Positions 23,501 through 32,988 of a DNA stretch of 53,800 bases are shown in pieces. This stretch comes from an uncultured Thermotogae bacterium (lineage in GTDB: Bacteria > Bipolaricaulota > Bipolaricaulia > M55B111), in NCBI GenBank assembly GCA_964506635.1, contig CAZDMI010000001.1:1-53800 (forward strand), written 5' to 3'. Every line of letters starts with the position of its first letter. The stretch's first letter is position 1. The translations under genes and the position numbers were made by a program. Below the pieces are notes generated by a model. The model worked only from the letters and a program-made list of their open reading frames with translations, ran no database searches and was not told the DNA's origin.

Positions 23501-24100
23501 CTATTCAGCACCCCCTTCGTCGTTATCTAACCCCATGAAGTCCACGTGTTCTCCCTCGTTCTCCCCCTCTTCCCGGTCCTCGAGCTCCTGCACTCTCTCC
23601 GCGGCAAAGTTCGACATGAACTGCTCGAAACCCCGGTATATAGCTATAACACCGAAGACGGTAAATAAAGCAGCGGGAATCGCTAAAAACCGTAAGGGCT
23701 GGTAGGAGTAATCAATGCGATACTCGTAGCTCAGATCAACACCACCGGAAGCCAGACGAAAATAACTGTCGGCTTCATCGATCCCCACATCCCCACCTCT
23801 TGCCAGCTGTGTCTTACGAATGACTTCCCGGTTATTGTTCAGGAAAACGATCTCAACTGGCTCGTCCAGTGAATCCTCTCCAGGTAGGATATTTAGTTTA
23901 CCTTCGTTCTCCGGCCTTCGTTTCTCGATACCAACTGTCTCTCCGGGTTCGACGATCCCTTCCCGAGAAAAAGTGGCAGATCTTCTGTAGACGGCGGAAA
24001 AAGCCAACGCCACTGCCAGCAGGAGCGAGAACAATCCAAATAAAGTTTTCCGGTTTCCGGCAAGGACTTCCAGCACTCCCGGAGCCGAATCACGATCCAT
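23501..24100 (-). CDS. Hypothetical two-TM membrane protein with an acidic C-terminal tail
   Basis: AAGAGGT SD. TM1 is LFGLFSLLLAVALAFSAV and TM2 is FLAIPAALFTVFGVIAIY, with about 95 aa between them. Its stop is 1 nt from the next gene's ATG. Confidence 0.65.
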   Translation of the reverse strand: MDRDSAPGVLEVLAGNRKTLFGLFSLLLAVALAFSAVYRRSATFSREGIVEPGETVGIEKRRPENEGKLNILPGEDSLDEPVEIVFLNNNREVIRKTQLARGGDVGIDEADSYFRLASGGVDLSYEYRIDYSYQPLRFLAIPAALFTVFGVIAIYRGFEQFMSNFAAERVQELEDREEGENEGEHVDFMGLDNDEGGAE

Positions 24101-24157
24101 AATTGGATACCTCTTTAGCTGAAAATATTAAGGTGAGAACTGGAATATCAAACGGGT

Positions 24158-25159
24158 TTAAGGTACTTCTCCAGCAAAGTGACAGGCGACTTCTCTTCCC
24201 TCGACTCGCCTCAGTTCGGGTTCTTCCTCCTCGCATATATCCTGGGAATAAGGGCACCGGGGGTGAAATCGGCAACCGGATGGAATATTGGTGGCATCAG
24301 GGACCTCACCCTTGATAGGTATCTCCTTTATCTCCTCCACCATTTCGGGTTTTGGCTCCGGAACTGCCTTCAACAGGGCCTGAGAATACGGATGAAGCGG
24401 GTCGTCAAGCACGGTTCCGACATCGCCTTTCTCAACAAATTTACCCAGGTACATTACGGAAATGGAATCGGAAAAGAACCGGGAAGTGGATATGTCGTGA
24501 GTGATGTAGAGATAAGTCAGGTTCTCTTCGCTCATCAAATCCTTCATCAGGTTGAGCAACTCTGCCCGGACCGAGACGTCCAGCATCGAGGTCGGCTCGT
24601 CGGCAACTATGAAATCCGGGTTCAGTATCAGGGCACGAGCTATCGCGACTCTTTGCTTCTGACCACCGGAAAGCATGTGCGGATAACGATCTATGAACTC
24701 CTCGGCCGGCGTCAGCTGAACTTCTTCGAGCGCTTCCATGATCTTCTCCTTTCTTTGTTCGTAACCCCCACCGATACCGTGGATATCCATCGGTTCCTCG
24801 AGGGTATTGGAAGCGGTAAACCTGGGGTCCATGGAGGAAAAGGGGTCCTGAAAGATCATCTGGGTCGTCCTGCGGTAGGCCTTTAGCTCGCCCGAACCAC
24901 TGAGTTCCGTGACGTCATTACCCTCCATTACCAGCTTCCCGCCGGTAACGTCAAGCAGCCTCATCACTACCTTACCGAGAGTGGTCTTGCCACAGCCGGA
25001 TTCACCGACCACGGCCATGGCGTTTTTGCGGGGGATTTCGAAATCTACCCCGTCCACGGCCTTGACGTGTTTCGTCTGACTGCCTAGCAACCTTCCGAGG
25101 AAGGACTGACTCATGGTATAGTACTTCTTGAGGTCTTCAGCTTTTAGGACGGCTTTCAT
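24158..25159 (-). CDS. Oligopeptide/dipeptide-type ABC transporter ATP-binding protein (OppF/DppF-like)
   Basis: Walker A GESGCGKTT, LSGGQKQR, Walker B IVADEPTS. C-terminal 4-Cys segment: GCRFHPRCPYSQDICEEE...VACHF. Confidence 0.9.
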   Translation of the reverse strand: MKAVLKAEDLKKYYTMSQSFLGRLLGSQTKHVKAVDGVDFEIPRKNAMAVVGESGCGKTTLGKVVMRLLDVTGGKLVMEGNDVTELSGSGELKAYRRTTQMIFQDPFSSMDPRFTASNTLEEPMDIHGIGGGYEQRKEKIMEALEEVQLTPAEEFIDRYPHMLSGGQKQRVAIARALILNPDFIVADEPTSMLDVSVRAELLNLMKDLMSEENLTYLYITHDISTSRFFSDSISVMYLGKFVEKGDVGTVLDDPLHPYSQALLKAVPEPKPEMVEEIKEIPIKGEVPDATNIPSGCRFHPRCPYSQDICEEEEPELRRVEGREVACHFAGEVP

Positions 25160-25172
25160 GGTCTCAACTCCT

Positions 25173-26144
25173 TCACGTTACCTCGCCCGCGAAGTGACAG
25201 GCGACCTTTCTTCCCTCGACTTCTTTAAGCTCCGGCACCTCTTCCTGGCAAACCTCCTCGGCGTAAGGACATCGTGGATGGAACCTGCAACCCGAAGGTG
25301 GATTGACCAGGTTGGGCGGAGCACCCGGTATCCTTTCCAGCCTCTTTACGTCCTTATGGAGTCGCGGTATTGAAGCCAGAAGCTTTTCCGTATAAGGATG
25401 CTTCGGATTGTTATATATTTTTTCAGCGTTACCGAGTTCGGCAAACTTGCCGGCATACATTATCGAGAGCTTGTTCGAAACCTCCGAGAGGATGCTCAGG
25501 TCGTGCGTAATGAATATCATCGATATACCAAGCTCCTTCTTAAGGCGCTTGAGCAGGTTCATTATCTGGGCCTCGACCACCACGTCCAGGGAAGTCGTCG
25601 GCTCGTCCGCTATCAAGACGTCGGGTTCCAATAGCAGTGACATGGCAATAATAACCCGTTGCTTCTGGCCACCACTTAACTCGTGAGGGTATCTGGTAAA
25701 TATTTCCTTATCGAGACCGACCTCTCCTAAGTACTCCTCGCACTTCTCCCTGGCCTCTTTTCCGGTAATTCCCTTGTGGTGGTGAAGCGGTTCCTTCATC
25801 TGGTGACCGACGGTATAAACGGGGGTCAAAATATCCATTGCTCCCTGAAAGACCATCGAAATTCGTTCCCACCTTACTTTTTGTCTCGTCTCCGTCTCGG
25901 AGAGCTCGACCGTATTGATACCATTGATATTGACCTCTCCGCTGACCACTCTGCCAGGTGGCTGAACCTGGTTAATCAGGGAAAAAGCCATGGTGCTTTT
26001 TCCGCAACCGCTCTCCCCGGCTACCCCCATCGATTCACCCCTGGCAAGCTGGAAGCTGGCGTCATCCAGAGCCTGGACCTCGCCTTTCCTGGTAAAATAG
26101 TGGGTTGTCAAGTTTCGCACGTCTAGAACAGGGTTGGACATCAT
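25173..26144 (-). CDS. Oligopeptide/dipeptide-type ABC transporter ATP-binding protein (OppD/DppD-like)
   Basis: Walker A GESGCGKST, LSGGQKQR, LIADEPTT. C-terminal 4-Cys segment: GCRFHPRCPYAEEVCQEE...VACHF. Confidence 0.9.
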   Translation of the reverse strand: MMSNPVLDVRNLTTHYFTRKGEVQALDDASFQLARGESMGVAGESGCGKSTMAFSLINQVQPPGRVVSGEVNINGINTVELSETETRQKVRWERISMVFQGAMDILTPVYTVGHQMKEPLHHHKGITGKEAREKCEEYLGEVGLDKEIFTRYPHELSGGQKQRVIIAMSLLLEPDVLIADEPTTSLDVVVEAQIMNLLKRLKKELGISMIFITHDLSILSEVSNKLSIMYAGKFAELGNAEKIYNNPKHPYTEKLLASIPRLHKDVKRLERIPGAPPNLVNPPSGCRFHPRCPYAEEVCQEEVPELKEVEGRKVACHFAGEVT

Positions 26145-26162
26145 CTTCCCCCTTGAAGGATC

Positions 26163-27575
26163 CTATTCCTGCTTCATCTTCGGATTGACTATCCTCTCAA
26201 CAGCCATGCCGGCCGATATGAAACCAAACCCCAGCAGCGTGATCCCCAGCCCGGGTAACAGGACCCACCACCACATGCCCCGGATCGTTGCGCCCGCGCT
26301 GTTTGCCTCGCTGAGCATGGTACCCCAACTCACTATCGACGGATCACCGAGCCCCAGTACGTGCAATCCGGCGGCGGCTATAATTGCCATTGGTACCATC
26401 AAAGCAGCCTCAGCAAAGGCGTAGGGCAGCATCTGCGGAATCATATGGCCTCGGATGATTCGGGCACCGCTCGCACCCAGAGCTTCGCCGGCCTCCACGT
26501 AGGTATTCTCCCTTATCTGCAGCCCCCTGGCTCTGATGGTTTTGGCTATACCTCGCCAATACATCAGGGCCATAACACCTATAACGATCCAAATACTCCG
26601 CCCCCATAAGGTCGCGACTACAACCAGTATCGGCAAAGTCGGTATTCCCATAACTATCTCGTTAAGTCGCTGCATCAGCTCGTCTACCCAACCCCCGTAA
26701 TACGCACTCGTCATCCCGAATATAAGGGCTATAATTACCGTACCAGCAGCTACTGATAAACCTAGTAAAAGCCCATACCGAGCACCCCAGACCCATCCCC
26801 GAGCGATGTCGTGGCCACTACCGTCAGTTCCCATCAGGCCGTAAACTCGACCCATAAATATCCCTCGAGAGCTGGTTAGCTTCGTTCCGGGACCTACCAG
26901 CATCAACTCAAACCTGTATTCCCCGTTTAATGGCGCGGTGCTGGATAACATCCCGTCCTGAGCTTTGGCAAAAGCCGTCTTAGTGACGTCGATCTCACTC
27001 GGGTCGGGAGTCTCACCCTTCTCATAACCCTTAGCGAACCTGTGAACCTTAGTTCTTTGTTGGTTTCCCCCAAACATGCTCATTCGCGTCTCAAACGTGT
27101 AACCTTCCTCCCCCTCACTACCCTGAATCGTTTGAGACCCGAGCTGTAACTTCTCCCCGTCGGGTCTGATTAAGCTTGCTATCAATTGCGGCTGTTCATC
27201 CTCGTACTCCCCTTGAACGTAAAAGACTACATCTTTTGGTGGAACCTCGGTACTGAACTGGTAATCGTAAACCAGCGTAGTAATCACTGATTCACTCGAA
27301 ACGCTTGCTGGTTTGGTCTTCACTTGCTGGGTAGCTTTTTCTTCTTCAGTAAAGTAATTCATCCAAAAAGGCGGTGCACCGTTTGGCAGGTCTTTCCACC
27401 TGTCCACGTTGTCCCATTTGGTATTAGTTTCCGGGGCGAGCGTAGGGGCCAGAAGGGCGAGAATAATCATTGAAATTATCAACCCCAGACCGATCATCCC
27501 AGTAGTCTCTCCCCTGTACTCCCTGAATACGTCCCAAAAACCCCGGAAAAGGTCCTTTAACTTTTTCCGTATCAT
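26163..27575 (-). CDS. Opp/Dpp-type ABC permease (OppC-like) with an extracytoplasmic insertion of about 200 aa after TM1
   Basis: AGGTGA SD. N-terminal TM, then a long soluble segment (residues about 50-250), then a BPD_transp_1-type core. Confidence 0.85.
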   Translation of the reverse strand: MIRKKLKDLFRGFWDVFREYRGETTGMIGLGLIISMIILALLAPTLAPETNTKWDNVDRWKDLPNGAPPFWMNYFTEEEKATQQVKTKPASVSSESVITTLVYDYQFSTEVPPKDVVFYVQGEYEDEQPQLIASLIRPDGEKLQLGSQTIQGSEGEEGYTFETRMSMFGGNQQRTKVHRFAKGYEKGETPDPSEIDVTKTAFAKAQDGMLSSTAPLNGEYRFELMLVGPGTKLTSSRGIFMGRVYGLMGTDGSGHDIARGWVWGARYGLLLGLSVAAGTVIIALIFGMTSAYYGGWVDELMQRLNEIVMGIPTLPILVVVATLWGRSIWIVIGVMALMYWRGIAKTIRARGLQIRENTYVEAGEALGASGARIIRGHMIPQMLPYAFAEAALMVPMAIIAAAGLHVLGLGDPSIVSWGTMLSEANSAGATIRGMWWWVLLPGLGITLLGFGFISAGMAVERIVNPKMKQE

Positions 27576-27583
27576 TTTATCAC

Positions 27584-28645
27584 CTAACGCATCGCCTGGG
27601 AACTACCGACTTCTACCCGCGGGTCGAGTAGACCGTAAAGCAGATCCGCCACCAGGTAACCAAAGATGTATAATGCGGAGGTAATGAACATCACGCCCAT
27701 GACCACGGGTATATCGTTCTGCATGATCGCTATTCTAGTCAATAAGCCGATTCCCGGCCAATTGAATATAACCTCGGTAATCATCGCCCCACCGATAGAC
27801 ATAAGCAGCGAAAGTAGCGCCGAGGTTATAACCGGTGGCGCCGCGGTCCGAAGGGTATGGCCGTAAATAACCTTTCGTTCCGGTACCCCTTTAGCCCTAG
27901 CCGCCATTATGTAGTCGTCCTGCAGTACGTCGGTAACGATATTTCGCGTTACCCAGGCCCTGGCACCGAAGATGTTGAAGACGATCGTTGCCAGCGGCAG
28001 GGCCAACCTGTAAAGAACGCCGAAGTAGTAATCCAGCCCCGAAGTCTGAGGTAGAGGCATGGCAGTCGAAGGAAACCAGCCAAGCTGATATGCAAAAACC
28101 AGGATTGCTAGCATACCAAGCCACCACATGGGCATGCTGGAGGAAGTCATGCCAAAAATCGACAGAAACCTGTCCAGTTTACCCCCGGCAACCTGAGCCG
28201 CCTTTAAACCAACTACAAGCCCCAAAAAGACGTAAATAACCGCCGCGGTCGTAAACAAAAGTATTGTCCGGGGCAACCGAGACATAATTATGTCCATTAC
28301 CTGCCTGCTCCCCCCGGGTGCAGTCATCATAAAGGACTGGCCGAAGTTGAGCGTCATCTTGTCCCATGCATCCGTGAATATCCGCTTCCAGACGGGCTCG
28401 TCCAGACCTCTCCTCTCCCTCAGCTTCGATATTTCGTTTTCCCGCCACTCTTGAAGCTCTTCATCGGATAGTTGCTGTAATTCAGGGTTGTTGCGAACCT
28501 GAGCAGTTACCGACTGACGGATTCTAGTCTGCATCTGCTCCTCCGACACGCTGTTAAACAGGGCGGAAAGGATGAGTATTACTATACCCAAGGTGATCAG
28601 GGCCTGAAAAGTCCTGGAAACGAGGTACTTCAACCGAGCTGGCAT
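27584..28645 (-). CDS. Opp/Dpp-type ABC permease (OppB-like)
   Basis: 353-aa polytopic protein with the typical DYIMAARAKGVPERKVIYGHTLR EAA-loop region. GGGGGGT SD. Confidence 0.9.
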   Translation of the reverse strand: MPARLKYLVSRTFQALITLGIVILILSALFNSVSEEQMQTRIRQSVTAQVRNNPELQQLSDEELQEWRENEISKLRERRGLDEPVWKRIFTDAWDKMTLNFGQSFMMTAPGGSRQVMDIIMSRLPRTILLFTTAAVIYVFLGLVVGLKAAQVAGGKLDRFLSIFGMTSSSMPMWWLGMLAILVFAYQLGWFPSTAMPLPQTSGLDYYFGVLYRLALPLATIVFNIFGARAWVTRNIVTDVLQDDYIMAARAKGVPERKVIYGHTLRTAAPPVITSALLSLLMSIGGAMITEVIFNWPGIGLLTRIAIMQNDIPVVMGVMFITSALYIFGYLVADLLYGLLDPRVEVGSSQAMR

Positions 28646-29011
28646 TTCTTTACCCCCCTGGCGAAAACGGGTTTATCGAACAAAACCATCAAAAAGATCC
28701 TCTTAATGTAGTTCCTTTCATTACCTTCTATTATACCATCTATTATAAAACCCTCAGGACTTTACTAACCCTCTTACTTTCCTTCAGCGGGCGGATCAAA
28801 CCACCACCGAAGGACCTCTCCCCGAGCAACTATAAAATGAAAATAAGTCAGAGAAAAGAAAAATTCAAACAAATTAGAGCTTTTTATCGTATTCATTTCA
28901 ATCTTTCATCCTCTTTCCCGGTTCCCGAAAGCTACTTTTTTACTCAACGTTCTCAATCAAGATTCAACCTATCCGGTCCAGCATCGACCAGCAAAAGGAA
29001 TTCTCGGTCCT

Positions 29012-29060
29012 GATGAAAAAGAAAAGCCAGGGCAAAGGGCTCGTAACCCTCTACCCTGGC
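29012..29060 (-). terminator. Intrinsic (probably partial) terminator between the binding-protein gene and the permease genes
   Basis: Minus-sense GCCAGGG...CCCTGGC stem (29060-29026) with an inner AGGG/CCCT extension, followed by TTTTCTTTTTCA. Confidence 0.7.
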
Positions 29061-29104
29061 GAAAAATTTCGACTGATTCTATTCGTATTAATTGCCTCGA
29101 GCAG

Positions 29105-31669
29105 TTATACCAGGACTATAGTACTCGTCGCTTCTACCAGGGATGCTTCTTGTCCGGGCAGTGAACCGACGACCTTTACCTCGTAGGCGCCTGCGTCGAG
29201 GTCCACGGTGGCATCCGCGGGCATCGTAGCCTCGAACATTCCGGGTTCCGAAAGTTCCGCCTGGACCGAGTGGATGAGTTCACCGTCCGAGAGCAACCTG
29301 ACTTCGACGTTTCCTTCTTCGGCAGGAGATGATTCCTCCGTCGGATAGGTCTGAGTCCTCTCCGCGCTAATGCTAACTTCAAAGTTGGACCCTCGCGGCG
29401 TGTTGGTGGGAACCTGAATGTTACCGATCGTCAGGCTGACGAACTCCATGTTTTCGCTCCAGTAATCCCAGCTGTACGGGTAATCCGGGTTCTCGACGAC
29501 CTGATCGAACCTATCGAAGTTCATGACCTTGTTCTCGGCATCGTAGTTGGTCAAGACAAACGGTCCCTGTGACGCGTAGAAGTGACCGTACTCATCGTAG
29601 AACTCGACTACGCTGTCCACCTGAGAACTCAATTCGTCCTCGCTGATCGGCGCCGGTGAGTTATTTTCTTCCTTGAGATAGGGAGGAACGTTAAAGTTCT
29701 CCTTCATGCTTTCCAGCTTGGCCTTGAAGTCCTTACCCTGGTTTTCACTGATGAAGTGAATCCATTTCGAGCCTTCCGAATCCTCCCAGGTATAGGACGA
29801 TTCAAGTACGGGTGAAGGTTCTTCCGATGCAACTAACTCACCCGCGGCGTAATTGACCTCCCAGGGTTTGTATACATCTATGTTGTAGTACATACCAATA
29901 TGGGAATCGGCCGGGAAGGTGTAGTCGCCGTAGACGGTGAATTTACCGTCACCGTGCCAGACGACACCTTTGACCTTTTCGTAGAAAGGTTTAGCCTGGC
30001 CGGAGAAGCCACTATTGAACTTACGATCGTTCTCTCCATTCTTGTAGGCCCATTCCTTATCTAACGCCCACGAGGCAACTAGATCCGTATCGTCCATCAT
30101 GCTGCCGTCGTGGAACTTCGAGAACTTCCACTGATAAGTGGCACTGGTCGCCGCCATTGTACCTTCTTCGACCTTTTTCCACGTTTTGTCATCAGTATCG
30201 TAATAGACGGCGTCATCCGGAACTTCCAGACCTCTTTCCAGTTCGCCATCCACGTATTCGAAGTCCTTATTGATCTCCGTCCAGTCACCGCGAAGCGGTC
30301 TATTCAACCCGGTTTGCGGATCCGTCCAGTAAGAAGGATCCCGCATAAGCCTCAGCAACCGGGTGGAATAGGCGTCGGTCGAACCCCCGATGTAGTTCCA
30401 GTTATCCATGAACAGGTTACCCTGACTGGCGAATTCGGCGGTCTCCAGGACGCCGTCCACCGTCTTAATGGTCCTGGCAGTCCATATACTTGACCAGCCG
30501 ATTTTGCCGTCGGGCACGAAAGAGGTAACCTGGTTTTTATTATAAGGGTAGTAGTCAAAGGTCGTTGTCAGGAAGACCCTGACGCTCTCTTCCAGACCGA
30601 GGTCGATACATTCCTGGAAGGTTTCCCAGTATTCCTCCTCAGAAGACAGTTTTCCTTGCTGTATTTTCTGACCATACTTGTCAAGTTCCTCGTTCTTGTA
30701 CTTCCAGGCGGTCTCGCCGGCAAAACCTCCCGGCATGTAACCGTAAAATGGAGCGTACATCTGGAAGGCACTGAACCTTTCAAAGAAGGAGTTACCGGAG
30801 GCAATCCATCCTCCAGTGTAGACGTGCCATTTTAGGGCCTTGGGGTCAGTGTACCAGGCGTTCTGGATGGCCTTTCTCCTGTCCCACTGCTTTCTGTCCG
30901 GCTTAATACCGACCTTCTCCAGCTGGTCGCAGTAGTACTGGCCTATCTGCTTCCTCGCGTCCTCGACCCTGATCATGACGATCGGGCTTATCACGCTGAA
31001 TTCTTCCTCGTTCGGACCTTTATAGGCCCACCAGTAACCGACTGGAGAATCATCGGATTCCATCTTCTTTAATTCGCCCTGGAGCTCGGAATCCTCCATC
31101 GCGGATTCCATGGCAGCCGTAATCATCGTCTTCGCCTTCTCAAAATCGCCAGTCGGCGTAACACCGTGTTCCTGAACTACCGGCTGGACGTATTTGTCGT
31201 AAGTAGAAACGCTTTTGGCTACGGAAGTAGGCCTGACCTCCGCGTAGCCGTCATACATTTCCTCGACGATCTTCTGCCTGTCCACCAGCCAGTTCATCGC
31301 GTAGCGGAACTTCTCGATGGAAAACGGGTTGAATTGTCTCTGTCCTCCTACATCGGAAGTGTACTTACCGGTAGCTGCAGGGTTGAAGTAAAGGTTGTTA
31401 TACGCACCGGCACTTCTGATCCTACCCAGGTTTGCCCGCATGCTCTCCGAGATTCCTTCAAATTGTTTACCCGGTACCCCTTGCATGAAGAGATCGAGAG
31501 TGCCTTCAGCAGTGTCACCGATACCTGTAGACTGGCTAGTTCTCACTTCCAGGTTAATCTCCTTGACCAGCTCTCCTTCTTCGTCCTGGGCAAGAACGGT
31601 GGCAAATGAAGCCAGAACTAGCAACAGGGCAAGTGAAATTACTATTGCACTTTTATAATTATAGTTCAT
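29105..31669 (-). CDS. Family-5 (Opp/Dpp-type) substrate-binding protein, unusually large (854 aa) with a C-terminal beta-rich extension
   Basis: AAGGAGGG SD. Signal peptide ends ...FATVLAQDEE (no lipobox Cys). SBP_bac_5-like core. The C-terminal region of about 120 aa (NFEVSISAERTQ...YEVKVVGSL...) looks Ig-like. Ligand could be peptide or oligosaccharide. Confidence 0.85.
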   Translation of the reverse strand: MNYNYKSAIVISLALLLVLASFATVLAQDEEGELVKEINLEVRTSQSTGIGDTAEGTLDLFMQGVPGKQFEGISESMRANLGRIRSAGAYNNLYFNPAATGKYTSDVGGQRQFNPFSIEKFRYAMNWLVDRQKIVEEMYDGYAEVRPTSVAKSVSTYDKYVQPVVQEHGVTPTGDFEKAKTMITAAMESAMEDSELQGELKKMESDDSPVGYWWAYKGPNEEEFSVISPIVMIRVEDARKQIGQYYCDQLEKVGIKPDRKQWDRRKAIQNAWYTDPKALKWHVYTGGWIASGNSFFERFSAFQMYAPFYGYMPGGFAGETAWKYKNEELDKYGQKIQQGKLSSEEEYWETFQECIDLGLEESVRVFLTTTFDYYPYNKNQVTSFVPDGKIGWSSIWTARTIKTVDGVLETAEFASQGNLFMDNWNYIGGSTDAYSTRLLRLMRDPSYWTDPQTGLNRPLRGDWTEINKDFEYVDGELERGLEVPDDAVYYDTDDKTWKKVEEGTMAATSATYQWKFSKFHDGSMMDDTDLVASWALDKEWAYKNGENDRKFNSGFSGQAKPFYEKVKGVVWHGDGKFTVYGDYTFPADSHIGMYYNIDVYKPWEVNYAAGELVASEEPSPVLESSYTWEDSEGSKWIHFISENQGKDFKAKLESMKENFNVPPYLKEENNSPAPISEDELSSQVDSVVEFYDEYGHFYASQGPFVLTNYDAENKVMNFDRFDQVVENPDYPYSWDYWSENMEFVSLTIGNIQVPTNTPRGSNFEVSISAERTQTYPTEESSPAEEGNVEVRLLSDGELIHSVQAELSEPGMFEATMPADATVDLDAGAYEVKVVGSLPGQEASLVEATSTIVLV

Positions 31670-31929
31670 TTTACCCTCCTTAGTTGAGTTTTTATTCCGA
31701 TGAAAGCGTTAACTCAGAGATTTTCATCTGACATCAACCAGTCGCAGTTAGATCTTTTGAACCTTTTAGTTTAATCAAAGGGAGAGCCTACCACCTCCTC
31801 GCAGGTTTTTGGGTATTAGAGATTCGGGCAGACTTAGCCTTTTTACGTTATCTGAATAATTCACGATCTTTACAACCCTGATCTAGTTTCCGTAAGTAGT
31901 TTGAAGATGTCACGGTTTGCTCAGTTTTT

Positions 31930-31958
31930 ATGATATATATAAAGATCAAAAATGTCAA
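31930..31958 (-). promoter_or_regulatory. Sigma70-like promoter of the Opp-type operon 1
   Basis: Minus-sense TTGACA (31958-31953), 17-nt spacer, TATCAT (31935-31930). This implies a 5' UTR of about 250 nt before the ATG at 31669. Confidence 0.5.
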
Positions 31959-32134
31959 ATTCTTTGGATCAAGTTCTAACCGCTAAAGTCACCGCCCAAT
32001 AGCACTCAAATCGGTAATCCGCGCGGTTGAAAACAATCGAGCTAAATTGGAAACTAAAAAGGTACTATGAGAGTGTAGTATTTTGATCGGCATTAAGAGA
32101 GGATCCAGGCTCCAGATTAGATTCAAGGGGTATA

Positions 32135-32773
32135 ATGAAACTAATCGTTTTTTACATTCTGTACTTTCTCGGATTGCCGGTAATTCTGCTTTATTTCTAC
32201 TTCAAATTAAGGCACCAGGCGGGATTAGTGGATTTTCTTGGCGGAGTAAACGACAATCAGGGCAATGAGGGGTCGGAAAGAACGGAAAAGGCGAAGCAAA
32301 AACGCCGCAGGACACAGGTCGCCTTCGCCGTAGTCCTAGTCCTGTTTCTCCTTTCCTGGCACCTGATTACTTCGGATCTGGTCGATCTCCGGTTCAAGGG
32401 AGAAATAAAGTCCGGCCCCGCAGGGATGTACACGGAAAACCCCGTTGTGGTTTCTCTGGGCCCGACTTACGACGTCAATGAGACCGTCCAAACTATTCAG
32501 GAGGACGAAAGCCGGTGGCTGCCGAACGAAGTCGAGCAAGTAGTCGATTTGGACAAACTGGCTAACAAGTGGGGCAGGATCGCGGTGTACAGAACCTACG
32601 ACCAGAGGTACGTCATCACATTTACCTATCTCGCTCCCTGGCCGGTCGTCAGGAGTTACGGTTTTCAATACGTCGAAACTGAGGACGGGAAAAAGAAGAT
32701 AATAAAGAAAGAGCGTAAGACCGTCTTCTACCCGCTTGACCCGGGAATAGTCGACGAAACCGCAAAATTGTGA
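32135..32773 (+). CDS. Hypothetical membrane protein (two TM plus a C-terminal soluble domain)
   Basis: AAGGGG SD, hydrophobic N-terminus MKLIVFYILYFLGLPVILLYFYF and a second TM, VAFAVVLVLFLLSW. No family recognised. Confidence 0.6.
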   Translation: MKLIVFYILYFLGLPVILLYFYFKLRHQAGLVDFLGGVNDNQGNEGSERTEKAKQKRRRTQVAFAVVLVLFLLSWHLITSDLVDLRFKGEIKSGPAGMYTENPVVVSLGPTYDVNETVQTIQEDESRWLPNEVEQVVDLDKLANKWGRIAVYRTYDQRYVITFTYLAPWPVVRSYGFQYVETEDGKKKIIKKERKTVFYPLDPGIVDETAKL

Positions 32774-32988
32774 TCGGGGAAACTAGCACTTCGTAGGTTC
32801 CATTAACCTTAGTAATTGTTCTTTTTCTAGCTTCCTGACACTTCGCCTCTTTCAAGATAATCGATACCAAAACCTGAATTAACCGAAATAGAGGATAATT
32901 ATCTCATCTATTAGCACAAACTAACTACCTTTTCGAAAGGTACGAAACTTAAACCAGAAACCTCCTAGTAATGGGCTGATATTTACTG

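Noticed and set aside
24179-24886. 235-aa plus-strand ORF
   Set aside because: Antisense to the OppF-like ATPase, which has clear Walker A, signature and Walker B motifs. Shadow frame.
28646-29104. 57-codon plus-strand ORF (ATG at about 28846) and possible gene remnants in the SBP-permease gap
   Set aside because: No SD, it runs opposite to the operon, and its composition is low-complexity. The gap is better explained as a terminator plus internal regulatory spacer.
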